From positions 26,403 to 90,402 of IMG/VR virus record IMGVR_UViG_3300047476_000792: a stretch of 64,000 nucleotides of DNA; one strand, written 5' to 3'. Shown piece by piece: positions 30,103-39,561 of the stretch (within the stretch, counting starts at the first letter, position 1; every line of letters begins with the position of its first letter). The stretch comes from a virus. The position numbers and the translations under genes were made by a program. The notes under the pieces were generated by a model that ran no database searches, had not been told where the DNA came from, and worked only from the letters and a program-made list of their open reading frames with translations.

Positions 30103-30468
30103 TTAAAATTTTATATTTTCTATATCAGAGAAATCCAACTCAGGCATGTTGATAAATTGTCTATAATTAAGATTGCTTAGAATTTCATTCAATGCCGTAA
30201 TCCTAGTTTCATTCGGAACCCCCAAATCATCGAATTGTAATTTAGAAATATAATCTCCGAACGGTGAAGCCGATAGAGATATAATCGGCTTCATTTTATT
30301 AGTATAACGAAATACACTATTACTTCCAAAAAAGTCTCCAAATATATACTTGGCATCAAATCCACGAATAGCACTCATACATACGATTTCTGCCCGTAAT
30401 TCCTTGGATGTGGGAGATTTTAAGTTTAATTTTGAATTTATAAATTTTATAAGATATGGTAAATCCAT
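30103..30468 (-). CDS. hypothetical protein ending LDFSDIENIKF
   Basis: 121 aa ORF after a promoter. Confidence 0.65.
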   Translation of the reverse strand: MDLPYLIKFINSKLNLKSPTSKELRAEIVCMSAIRGFDAKYIFGDFFGSNSVFRYTNKMKPIISLSASPFGDYISKLQFDDLGVPNETRITALNEILSNLNYRQFINMPELDFSDIENIKF

Positions 30469-30473
30469 GACAC

Positions 30474-30524
30474 ACTATATACTCGATCTTTGTTCTTGCA
30501 AGGTCTTTCTTTCACCGCTATCTT
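30474..30524. promoter_or_regulatory. divergent promoter pair sharing a palindromic -35 (TTGCAA)
   Basis: + strand: TTGCAA-N17-TATCTT-6nt-ATG (gp43); - strand: TTGCAA-N16-TATAGT-5nt-ATG (30468). Confidence 0.6.
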
Positions 30525-30530
30525 AGTACG

Positions 30531-33113
30531 ATGCTAAGAAATACTTTCTATGACAGAAGACGATCAGTTATTCATCACTGGTTATATGACGAAACCGGAG
30601 AACCTGTATATCGTAAAGAACAATTTAAACCATTTTTATATATTCCATCGGTTGATCCTAAAAAGATCGATGCCTATGGTATTGATGACAAGCCGTTGAC
30701 TAGAAGAGAATTCATCTCTGAATGGGAACGTAATGATTTCCTCAAAACCTATAAAGGTGTTCCGTATTTTAATCTCCCTCCAACACAACAATATCTTTTA
30801 GAAAAATATTATACAAAAGATATTCAGGAATTAACCAGTCAACCTCTAAGAACCTTCTTTTTTGACATCGAGGTTATTGCTGATGAATTTCCCGATCCGA
30901 AAGATGCCAAGTTCCCATTAACATCTATTACAATATATGATACTAAAACCAAAAAGTATTATGTATGGGGAACTAAGCGATATGATCATTATTCATGTAA
31001 AGATCACCTAGAAGGAATAGAACCCGAAGAAATCGTATATACATATTGTATTTCAGAAACCGATCTATTAAAGAAACTTATTAAATTTTGGAGAGCAAAT
31101 TTTCCAGATTTAATAGTTGGGTACAATTCTTATAGTTTCGATATTCCTTACATCATTCATAGAATAGACCAAGTTTTTGAACCAGGAAAAGGTTCGGTAT
31201 TATCGCCCGTGGATTATTTGTATGGTCAAGAGAAAGAGAATAAATTCTCGCAAGTTTATACAGAATATACCATAGGCGGAATTTCTCACCTTGATTATAT
31301 GGTTTTGTACAAAACATTTACTCCGGGTGAACGCGAAAGTGATTCTTTAGATTATGTTGCAAAAGAAGAAGATATTGGTGGTAAACTTGATTATGGTTCC
31401 ATGTCTTTAAACGAATTATGTAACAAAGATTGGAATAAATTCATCAATTATAACATATGGGACGTAAAGATTCTTATGCTCATTGATGAAAAGAGGAAAT
31501 ATCTTGATGTTGCACGATTCTCTGCATTCAGCGGATTCTGTAACGTTGATAAAGCACTAGGGAAGGTTGCTATTATCGGTGGTATTATTGCAAAGCAAGG
31601 TTTAATGAATAATCAAATCATAACCACCCAAAGTGGGGGTGAGCAACAGACTATTCCTGGTGGATATGTGAAAGATCCCGAGCCTGGAATGTATGAAAAT
31701 ATTGTAGTTATGGATTTAAATTCACTTTATCCGAATACAATTATCACTCTTAATATTTCACCTGAAACAAAGGTAGGACGTGTTATAAAACAGGATGATT
31801 CTATTGTTAAAGTTGATTTTGTAAAAGCTCGCAAAATTATAGATATACCAAAAGATAAGTTCTTACCTCTTATCGAAGAGAAGGGATGGGCATTATCTGC
31901 CGCTGGAATTCTATTCAGTCAGGATAAGAAAGGGTTATGTGCAGAATTCGCAGACGGTCTTTACCAGAAGCGCAAAAAGGTTAAAAAGGAAATGTTTAAA
32001 TGGGAGAATAAATTATCTACTATAGAAAAGGGTAGCGATGAGTATAAATCCATAAAAAAATTGATTTCTCAATTAGATACTGAGCAGTATCTTTATAAGA
32101 TTTTGTTAAATTCTACTTATGGTGTTCTTGCAAATCGATTCTTTCCTCTGTACGACCTAGATTGTGCAAAAAGTATCACGCTCACGGGTCAAGCCCTTAT
32201 TAAGCAATCTGATAAAATAGCCAACGAATATGTTCAGAAGGAGTGGAATTTAGAGAAGAAGGACCGTGTGATTGCCGAAGATACCGACTCTGCGATTATT
32301 TGTATTGATGATATTTTGAAGTTATCAAACTCTACAATCGTCGATAGTAACGGAGATTTAACTCCTGAATTTATTGAAATTGAAAATAAAATAACTGAAA
32401 ACCTCAATAAAGGTGTAGTAAAATGGGCAGAAGAAACCCTCAATACTAAGGATTGTAGATTTGAATTTAAACGCGAATCTGCATGTCCAAAAGCTATTTG
32501 GGTAGCTAAAAAGCATTATGTTATGGATATTCGTAATTCCGAAGGTGTGAAAATGAATAAATTCAAATATAAAGGGCTTTCTGTAGTTAAGTCGTCCTTT
32601 TCAGAAAAAACTCGTAATATCACCAAATCTATCGTGAAGGGTATTTTCGATGCACCTGATAAGAAGGTGGCAGATGACCATTTTTTCAAATCCTATGATG
32701 ACTTTTTTACTATGCCCCAGAATGATGTGTCAACCCGCTCATCTATTAAGGTTTTAGATAAATGGGAAGCATCTTCTAATGGTCTTGATACTGGCTCTGG
32801 TTGCCCACAACATGTTAAATTCTCTTTATATTACAATCATTTGGTGAAATTGCTAAATCTTGATAATAAATATCCTTTAATTGAAGGTGGTAAAAAAATA
32901 AAATTAGCATATGTTAAACCTAATAAATATAATATTGCAGGAATTGCATATCTGGACGAGCTTCCCGAAGAATTTGAATTGGAAATTGACAGAGAGGCTA
33001 TGTTTGATAAATGTGTGGTTAAATGTTTAGAACCTATATTTGATGCTCTTAAATGGAATGTACCAAACCCTAAAAAACAACTTGAGTATTCGTTGGACGA
33101 CCTTTTCGGTTGA
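30531..33113 (+). CDS. gp43: family B DNA polymerase gp43
   Basis: FDIE, YNSYSFDIPY, DLNSLYP, KILLNSTYG, DTDS, KKHY; C-terminal clamp-binding-like SLDDLFG. Confidence 0.96.
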   Translation: MLRNTFYDRRRSVIHHWLYDETGEPVYRKEQFKPFLYIPSVDPKKIDAYGIDDKPLTRREFISEWERNDFLKTYKGVPYFNLPPTQQYLLEKYYTKDIQELTSQPLRTFFFDIEVIADEFPDPKDAKFPLTSITIYDTKTKKYYVWGTKRYDHYSCKDHLEGIEPEEIVYTYCISETDLLKKLIKFWRANFPDLIVGYNSYSFDIPYIIHRIDQVFEPGKGSVLSPVDYLYGQEKENKFSQVYTEYTIGGISHLDYMVLYKTFTPGERESDSLDYVAKEEDIGGKLDYGSMSLNELCNKDWNKFINYNIWDVKILMLIDEKRKYLDVARFSAFSGFCNVDKALGKVAIIGGIIAKQGLMNNQIITTQSGGEQQTIPGGYVKDPEPGMYENIVVMDLNSLYPNTIITLNISPETKVGRVIKQDDSIVKVDFVKARKIIDIPKDKFLPLIEEKGWALSAAGILFSQDKKGLCAEFADGLYQKRKKVKKEMFKWENKLSTIEKGSDEYKSIKKLISQLDTEQYLYKILLNSTYGVLANRFFPLYDLDCAKSITLTGQALIKQSDKIANEYVQKEWNLEKKDRVIAEDTDSAIICIDDILKLSNSTIVDSNGDLTPEFIEIENKITENLNKGVVKWAEETLNTKDCRFEFKRESACPKAIWVAKKHYVMDIRNSEGVKMNKFKYKGLSVVKSSFSEKTRNITKSIVKGIFDAPDKKVADDHFFKSYDDFFTMPQNDVSTRSSIKVLDKWEASSNGLDTGSGCPQHVKFSLYYNHLVKLLNLDNKYPLIEGGKKIKLAYVKPNKYNIAGIAYLDELPEEFELEIDREAMFDKCVVKCLEPIFDALKWNVPNPKKQLEYSLDDLFG

Positions 33114-33398
33114 ATTTAAACGTAGATGGAATATAATTTTTGAAGAACGATCTATAGAAGATATTCGAAATGATTATTTAAGAGGGTTGTGGATTTCCAA
33201 AGAAGAACTTATGAGATTGAAAGAATGGGAAACGCAAGAGTTTATAAAAGAATATCAACTCTTGCGTGGACAATATCTCGATCTTTTATCAGGATTCAAT
33301 ATGAATGCACTTTCAAATTATCATTTATTAGAAAGAAAAAATCAGGGAAAAATGTAAAATTTTGTTGATTTTTATACAGTCTTTCCATTAATATTAAT

Positions 33399-33776
33399 AT
33401 GGAAGAAAAAATCATAGGAATTCTCAAGAGTGTTAGCGAACTATTTGTTGCTACTCTCGTAAACGAAACAGAAACAGAAATTACAGTAAAAGATGCTGCA
33501 TTTTTGGGTATAAGTGGACAAAACGGGCAAGTTAATATTAACTTTATCCCCATTGAAATGCTAAGTCTCAATCCACCAGTCAACATCCGCAATTTACTTG
33601 CAGATCCGACCCAAGACCTAACATGGACTTTTGATAAAAAATCATTACTTAAATATGATTTAGTGTTATCCGATAACGTTCTCACTAATTATAAGCAATT
33701 GGTTAATAGATCGCCTATTATCACTCCTGATAAAAGTATAGTACGTCCTGATGATAATATCGTAAAACTATTTTAA
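33399..33776 (+). CDS. hypothetical protein
   Basis: 125 aa ORF after a promoter-like sequence. Confidence 0.7.
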   Translation: MEEKIIGILKSVSELFVATLVNETETEITVKDAAFLGISGQNGQVNINFIPIEMLSLNPPVNIRNLLADPTQDLTWTFDKKSLLKYDLVLSDNVLTNYKQLVNRSPIITPDKSIVRPDDNIVKLF

Positions 33777-33780
33777 TAAT

Positions 33781-34032
33781 ATGGAACATAATACACAACT
33801 AGAAATACTATCTGATATTGAAAAAGAGAGTGTTGAGCTATTTAAATCATACCTCAAAGACCTTCTAAAGTTCAGAACAAAAGGAACAGCATCCGCTGCT
33901 GCCCGAGCACGCAAAAAACTTTCAGAATTATCTCATCTTGCAAAACCTGTAAGAAAAGGAATTCAGAAAGATAAGGTAGCAAAGGTCGCCGAACGCAGAG
34001 CAGCAAAACAGGTAAAAATTACATCTTTATAA
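33781..34032 (+). CDS. histone H1-like Hc1-family small basic protein
   Basis: KGTASAAARARKKLSEL..LAK..RK.IQ. Confidence 0.7.
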   Translation: MEHNTQLEILSDIEKESVELFKSYLKDLLKFRTKGTASAAARARKKLSELSHLAKPVRKGIQKDKVAKVAERRAAKQVKITSL

Positions 34033-34034
34033 TT

Positions 34035-34253
34035 ATGCAACACATGCCTCCACATCAACAGAGAGTTATCAACGAGCTTTTCGAGCTAGAAGAAAAGCTC
34101 AATAACCTCCGCACCTTTATACAAAGTAACCCCATATTTAACACATTGGATGCAACAGAGCAAGGACGTTTAATACAGCAATCAGAGGTAATGGCAAAAT
34201 ATTCTCAAATTCTGGACGAGCGTATCAATGCCTTTGTAGCAGATATAATCTAA
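34035..34253 (+). CDS. crAss001_48-like small phage protein
   Basis: PHQQRV..E..EL.EK...L..FI...IF..L...EQ..L..Q...M..Y..IL.ERI. Confidence 0.65.
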   Translation: MQHMPPHQQRVINELFELEEKLNNLRTFIQSNPIFNTLDATEQGRLIQQSEVMAKYSQILDERINAFVADII

Positions 34254-34272
34254 TATTAGTATACCTGCACGG

Positions 34273-34306
34273 AAAATGCGAAAGATTGATTTCTTTCGCA
34301 TTTTTT
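34273..34306 (+). terminator. intrinsic terminator
   Basis: AAAATGCGAAAGA-ttgatt-TCTTTCGCATTTTTT. Confidence 0.75.
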
Positions 34307-34307
34307 A

Positions 34308-34344
34308 TTGAATTGAATGTTCCTATAAGGTATAATATAGGAAC
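34308..34344 (+). promoter_or_regulatory. uvsX promoter TTGAAT-N17-TATAAT with overlapping inverted repeat
   Basis: Near-consensus sigma70 promoter; GTTCCTATA-N8-TATAGGAAC spans the -10. Confidence 0.7.
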
Positions 34345-34346
34345 TT

Positions 34347-35420
34347 ATGGCTGATATTAAAAACGCATTACTTGCGAAATTCAAACAGAACTCAACTATT
34401 AAAGAATCATCAATTCTTTCAAATTCTAAATTTTTCAAAGAGAAAAAGTATATCGATACCGGAATCCCCGCACTAAATGTTGCGCTATCTGGCAGATTAG
34501 ATGGTGGTATGAGTTCAGGGCTTACTATGTGGGCAGCACCTTCTCGACACTTTAAAACGGCATTTACCCTAGTTATGACTAGGGCATACTTGGATCACTT
34601 TAAAGATTCTATTTCTCTGTTCTATGATTCAGAATTTGGAACACCTGAATCTTATTTTGATGCATTTGGCATTGATAAAGAACGTGTGTTACATACCCCG
34701 ATCACTAATATCGAAGAATTAAAATTTGATATTATGAAACAATTGGAGGCTATTCAACGTGGTGAGAAGGTTATTGGTGTTATCGACTCTGTTGGAAATC
34801 TTGCAAGTAAAAAAGAAGTAGAAGATGCCCTAGAAGGGAACTCTGCTGCGGACATGACCCGTGCAAAACAATTAAAATCTCTCTGGAGAATGGTAACTCC
34901 ACATCTAACTCTTAAAGATATTCCACTGATAGTTGTAAATCATGTTTATGATGAACAAAAACTTCACGGAAGACAAATCATGGGTGGTGGACAAGGTGGT
35001 ATGTTATCATCTGATAACGTGTTCTTCGTTTCTCGTTCACAAGAAAAGGATGGTGATGAATTGATTGGTTACAACTTCAACATCATAGTCGAAAAAAGCC
35101 GATCTGTCAAGGAAAGATCACGAATTCCTATTACTGTCACCTTTGATGGTGGTATTAGTAAATGGAGCGGTTTACTAGATATGGCATTAGAGTCTAAGCA
35201 CGTCGTTAAACCAAAAATGGGATGGTATAGTCGTGTTATAAATGGTGTCACCGAAGAAAAGCTCTATCGTATGAAAAATACTTTTTCAGAAGAATTTTGG
35301 GGAGATATTCTGAAAGAAGAATCATTCAAGGAATGGGTAAAAGATACCTATTCTATTAGTCAGGTTGATATGTTATCCGTGGACCGTGATACAGACGAGG
35401 AGGAAGAAACAGAAGATTAA
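34347..35420 (+). CDS. uvsX: UvsX RecA-like recombinase
   Basis: LNVALSG, PSRHFKT, YDSEFG, IDSVGNLASKKE, ADMTRAK, MGGGQG. Confidence 0.95.
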   Translation: MADIKNALLAKFKQNSTIKESSILSNSKFFKEKKYIDTGIPALNVALSGRLDGGMSSGLTMWAAPSRHFKTAFTLVMTRAYLDHFKDSISLFYDSEFGTPESYFDAFGIDKERVLHTPITNIEELKFDIMKQLEAIQRGEKVIGVIDSVGNLASKKEVEDALEGNSAADMTRAKQLKSLWRMVTPHLTLKDIPLIVVNHVYDEQKLHGRQIMGGGQGGMLSSDNVFFVSRSQEKDGDELIGYNFNIIVEKSRSVKERSRIPITVTFDGGISKWSGLLDMALESKHVVKPKMGWYSRVINGVTEEKLYRMKNTFSEEFWGDILKEESFKEWVKDTYSISQVDMLSVDRDTDEEEETED

Positions 35421-35421
35421 T

Positions 35422-35853
35422 ATGAGTAAATTATTAGAAGAAAATCCGATATTAGAATTATTGTCAAAATACCCTTGGTTAGGAGAAATCCAGCACAATA
35501 TAAGTGATTTCAATGCCCATCTCGAAGGTCTGAATAAGAAATTCAATCAACAATTATATAAACAAATGATATGCTCTGGAGTGTTTTTCAAACTAGATAT
35601 ATTAGATAAATATAAAGATAAGTTTCTGAAAGCGATTCCATTTTCCATAGGTGGAAATGTTGCACAAAATTATATATTTCAGATTGAAAATAATCTTATT
35701 GTATGTTTTATGATGGGAAAATTGAATGATATTGGTCTAGCAGTAGTTCCAGATTTCCACTCAACGTGTATGTCGATTCCATACAACTTTATCCTTGACA
35801 ATACAGAGTTTATAGTCGAACCTAATAAGAAGCCACTAGGCTTTGGAGGATAA
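35422..35853 (+). CDS. hypothetical protein
   Basis: Coupled ORF ending KPLGFGG. Confidence 0.6.
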   Translation: MSKLLEENPILELLSKYPWLGEIQHNISDFNAHLEGLNKKFNQQLYKQMICSGVFFKLDILDKYKDKFLKAIPFSIGGNVAQNYIFQIENNLIVCFMMGKLNDIGLAVVPDFHSTCMSIPYNFILDNTEFIVEPNKKPLGFGG

Positions 35854-35857
35854 AAAT

Positions 35858-36046
35858 ATGAATAAACATGAATTAGAAATTATAGTTGATGAATGGAGTA
35901 ATGTTGCAAAAGGATCGAAAACAGTACCATTGGTTTCTTTAGGGACTAATGATAATGCCATTAAACAAGAACGTAAAGTTTTTGAATATTGTGCAAAGGT
36001 TCTTAAAGGTATCATAAATAAAAAAGATGATACGAGCAACAGTTAA
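35858..36046 (+). CDS. hypothetical protein
   Basis: Short coupled ORF. Confidence 0.5.
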   Translation: MNKHELEIIVDEWSNVAKGSKTVPLVSLGTNDNAIKQERKVFEYCAKVLKGIINKKDDTSNS

Positions 36047-36332
36047 GACTGTCGGTGCATTAGTGAATCGTCCTCGAATATCTTTTATAGATGTCGAGGA
36101 CGAATCGCATATTGCAATACGACGAAAAAATGAAGATACTAATAAGGTCGAACAATTCACTATTTCTGAATTGTTCGATGTTTATAGTAAAAATTCTTCT
36201 TATGAACAGCGCATGGGAGATAATGAAAATCCTATAACTACTGATCTATGGGAGACATGGTTTATGAACAAATATATACGAGGAACGGGAATAGAAACTC
36301 GATTAATTTCAATAAGTTATGAGCGTATTTAA
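36027..36332 (+). CDS. hypothetical protein
   Basis: 101 aa ORF. Confidence 0.55.
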   Translation: MIRATVKTVGALVNRPRISFIDVEDESHIAIRRKNEDTNKVEQFTISELFDVYSKNSSYEQRMGDNENPITTDLWETWFMNKYIRGTGIETRLISISYERI

Positions 36333-36783
36333 CGAAAATAGATCGAAATGTAGATATTGTGATAAGATTAAAATCAGGCACCATGAGCGCAGACTAGACC
36401 AACACGACAGACAGCCATCGAATGGTTGCCTGCATTTTTCTTGTTCGGCTGTTGAGGAACTTCGAGAGGGGTTTCGTCAATTGGAACTTCGAGCAAAAGA
36501 GCAAGGCGATGATCTCGCTGCCGTGGTAGCCTCGTCACATCATAGGCTTGCAGACAAACTAGTCGTCCGATTGGGTGGCTTGTCGGTGCGTCAGCCGAAC
36601 TATGTAAATCATTGGGATTGGGCTGATAATGAATTACATGATTCAGGAAAGTGTGTTTTGGAGATGGCAGAACTTCTTGAGAGATATAACTCTTATATTG
36701 AGTGGCTGAACAACTACGAGAAAACAACCAACGGTATTTATGACTATCTTCTTGATTTAGACCACACCCTAGCCGACATTTAA
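36319..36783 (+). CDS. hypothetical protein (locally GC-richer)
   Basis: 154 aa ORF with CRYC. Confidence 0.55.
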   Translation: MSVFNENRSKCRYCDKIKIRHHERRLDQHDRQPSNGCLHFSCSAVEELREGFRQLELRAKEQGDDLAAVVASSHHRLADKLVVRLGGLSVRQPNYVNHWDWADNELHDSGKCVLEMAELLERYNSYIEWLNNYEKTTNGIYDYLLDLDHTLADI

Positions 36784-36785
36784 AG

Positions 36786-38141
36786 ATGGCAAAACTAGAC
36801 CTAGACCTGTTCGAAAAAATTATAATTCAACAATGCCTTAAAAAAGATTCCAATTATGTAGCGAATATTATAGATTATTTAGATAAAGACCTCTTCAAGA
36901 ACAATGATATTGCAAATATTATCAATATTATAAAAGATTTCTATATAGAACGATCATCAATTCCCACATTAACAGAACTTGCAGCAAGAATCACAACAAG
37001 CTCTCTTAAAGAATCCTTACAGACTGTCGTAGGCTTTATTAAGAAATTGGATAGTGAATATAACGAAGATGAATTAATCGCGAATACTGAAACATTTATC
37101 AAACAGAGAAAGTTTGGTAAGCTTATGGAAACTACTATTGATAAGAAAGTTTCTGAGAAGGAGTACTCTATTGAAGAGTTTCAGGCGGAATCGGAAAAAA
37201 TTCATTCTATATGTTTGATCGATGACTTAGGATTAGATTATTTCGAAGATCAACATAGAATTAAAGAATACCTCCAGAAGAAAGATAACTTATTATCTAC
37301 TGGATATAAAGGATTGGATGAAGCCTTTGGTGGAGGATTCCAAGCAGAAGGAAAGGCTATTTATGATATTGGAGGAGAAACCAATGTAGGAAAATCCATT
37401 TTCCTTGCTAACATTGTGGTCAATGTTCTTATGCAGAATAAGAAAGTTGTCATTATATCTCCTGAGATGTCGGAAATGCGATATGCAAAGCGTATTTCTG
37501 GTATTTTAACAGGAATTGCTATCAACACACTCGCAGATAATATAGAAAATTTTGATGAAAAGGTCGATGAATTTGTAAAAAAATATGAATCTCGTCTTAT
37601 TATTAAAGAAGTCCCTACTAAAGGGGTATCTGCAAAGAATATCTTAGGATATCTACTTAAATTGAAGAATCGTAAAGGATTTATTCCCAACCTTATATGT
37701 ATTGATGGACATGCATTGTTGAAACCTAGTATAAATCAAGGGAGTACACATGCTAATATTCAATATATTGTTCAAGAGTGTCGGGGTATAAGTTATGTAT
37801 TTCCCGCACCAGTATTGACAGTTGCCCAATTGAATAGAACTGCCCATAAAACAAATAATCCTGGATTGGATAGTTTAAGTGGTAGCTGGGACTCAATTGC
37901 GGATCTTGACGGACATGTTAATATCTGGCAAACAGACGAAGATCGGGAAGCGAATATCATTCGCTTTGGTGGTAAGAAAGCTAGAGACGGTGCAAAAGGA
38001 GCAGAAGGATTTCTTACTATTGATTATGACACCCTAAAACTGACTGAGGAAGATGATATGATGGCTTATGCAGACAATAATAATGATCAGAGAAGTATAA
38101 ATAACATTTTAAACTTTGATAAGTTAGTGGGAGATAGTTAA
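36786..38141 (+). CDS. gp41: gp41 DnaB-like replicative helicase
   Basis: LSTGY..LD, GETNVGKS, SPEMSE, IIKEVPT, AQLNR, KARDG. Confidence 0.9.
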   Translation: MAKLDLDLFEKIIIQQCLKKDSNYVANIIDYLDKDLFKNNDIANIINIIKDFYIERSSIPTLTELAARITTSSLKESLQTVVGFIKKLDSEYNEDELIANTETFIKQRKFGKLMETTIDKKVSEKEYSIEEFQAESEKIHSICLIDDLGLDYFEDQHRIKEYLQKKDNLLSTGYKGLDEAFGGGFQAEGKAIYDIGGETNVGKSIFLANIVVNVLMQNKKVVIISPEMSEMRYAKRISGILTGIAINTLADNIENFDEKVDEFVKKYESRLIIKEVPTKGVSAKNILGYLLKLKNRKGFIPNLICIDGHALLKPSINQGSTHANIQYIVQECRGISYVFPAPVLTVAQLNRTAHKTNNPGLDSLSGSWDSIADLDGHVNIWQTDEDREANIIRFGGKKARDGAKGAEGFLTIDYDTLKLTEEDDMMAYADNNNDQRSINNILNFDKLVGDS

Positions 38142-38150
38142 ATATTATGA

Positions 38151-38414
38151 ATGATTCCCGAAGATTTTGTTGCCCCTTGTGCAAATACCCAAATTAGTAG
38201 AGAAGAGTTAGAAGAAACTATTAACAAGTTCGGTTCATTCATAACTCTTCTCACCAATAAACCTGTTTCTTGCGTAACTATGTTTATGATTATCCAAAAA
38301 AGTCCAGAACTTCGACAGATTTTGATTGATCTGACTGATGCATCGTGGTATTCTATTGTTGAATACATGGCATATCGATATCCTGTATTGAATAAATCTA
38401 AAAAGATAAAGTAA
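38151..38414 (+). CDS. hypothetical protein
   Basis: 87 aa ORF preceded by TTAAATA. Confidence 0.6.
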   Translation: MIPEDFVAPCANTQISREELEETINKFGSFITLLTNKPVSCVTMFMIIQKSPELRQILIDLTDASWYSIVEYMAYRYPVLNKSKKIK

Positions 38415-38415
38415 T

Positions 38416-38847
38416 ATGGCTCCCGACTATATAAAAATAATTGCAGAACGATGGGTTTTTGACTTAATAGATTTTGCAGAAAATGTCCTAATGGAAGAGG
38501 ATACGACCCATATACATAATGCAGTTTTCTCTATAATTAATAGTGACTGTCATTGTGCTCTACAAGACGTTGCGGAATCGACGGTTGCATTAGGTTGGAT
38601 ACGAGAATTTCAGAAATTTAAATATTCATATGCATTATATCCGAATAAATTGAACAATCTCCTCATCATTGCCGTATATATGCATTGCCGAAATATCGAA
38701 ACTGCTGAATATATTATCAGGGCTCATCTATATAGAAACGGACATAGTATATATTCAGATATCCTAAGAAAGAATATACTCATTGATAGAAAATTTATTG
38801 AGAGGGTGAATGAATTCTACCAAAGATGGAATGATGTTGAACGATAA
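38416..38847 (+). CDS. hypothetical protein
   Basis: 143 aa ORF. Confidence 0.55.
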   Translation: MAPDYIKIIAERWVFDLIDFAENVLMEEDTTHIHNAVFSIINSDCHCALQDVAESTVALGWIREFQKFKYSYALYPNKLNNLLIIAVYMHCRNIETAEYIIRAHLYRNGHSIYSDILRKNILIDRKFIERVNEFYQRWNDVER

Positions 38848-39508
38848 TCAGAAAAGAATATATAATCTTTACCTACGAGCATATCGCACAAATAACGGTC
38901 AACCTTTTCGTGCGAAAAAGAACTTCAAAGACGTAGAATCTGATGAGGAGATACTTTTGTATCTTAAAAAATTAGAGAATGTGTTCTGTAAATATCCTGC
39001 ATTTTTTAACGATACCTACTTCAATGCTCCTTATATCATCTATCCTGATGATAAGAAATACTTCTCTCTAAAATTTTTCTCATCTCAGAAGGGTATAGGC
39101 ACTTGTATTGCATATTATAAGATTCTTCTTAAATCCGACCCCGAGAAGCAGTTTGAATTTTTTAAAGCGTCTTATAAGTTTATTGCAGAATTTTGTATAG
39201 AAAAAGGGCTTGAATTGAGAGAGTACACAGGTTACTGTTCAATAGCTCAAAACGACTGCCTAAAGCACCTGAAGGAGCATAAGATTTCTTGGTATGTTGT
39301 ATTCACAATACCTCAATTTTATGACCTATTATTTAATATGCCAAAGGATGAATTTGAGTTGTATTATGGTTCGGATATAGATTTAGTAGAACTTTATACG
39401 AATTTTAAAAATAGTACAAAAACGCAGAATTTACTAGCAGAAATGCATAAAAAAGTTTCACTTTTTGTTCAAAAAACTCTTCAAAATAAGAGAATTTTGG
39501 ATAAGTAG
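38831..39508 (+). CDS. possible gp59-like helicase loader
   Basis: IYNLYL N-terminus, ~225 aa, position immediately before gp32 as in T4; similarity is weak. Confidence 0.4.
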   Translation: MMLNDNQKRIYNLYLRAYRTNNGQPFRAKKNFKDVESDEEILLYLKKLENVFCKYPAFFNDTYFNAPYIIYPDDKKYFSLKFFSSQKGIGTCIAYYKILLKSDPEKQFEFFKASYKFIAEFCIEKGLELREYTGYCSIAQNDCLKHLKEHKISWYVVFTIPQFYDLLFNMPKDEFELYYGSDIDLVELYTNFKNSTKTQNLLAEMHKKVSLFVQKTLQNKRILDK

Positions 39509-39561
39509 TAGAAGAACGTAGAAATACGTTTGTTAGAATAATTAGAATAAAATATAAAAAT

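Noticed and set aside
33040-33357. 105-aa ORF after gp43
   Set aside because: The listed start is a TTG inside gp43; a shorter product may be real, but the start cannot be fixed and no motif is recognisable
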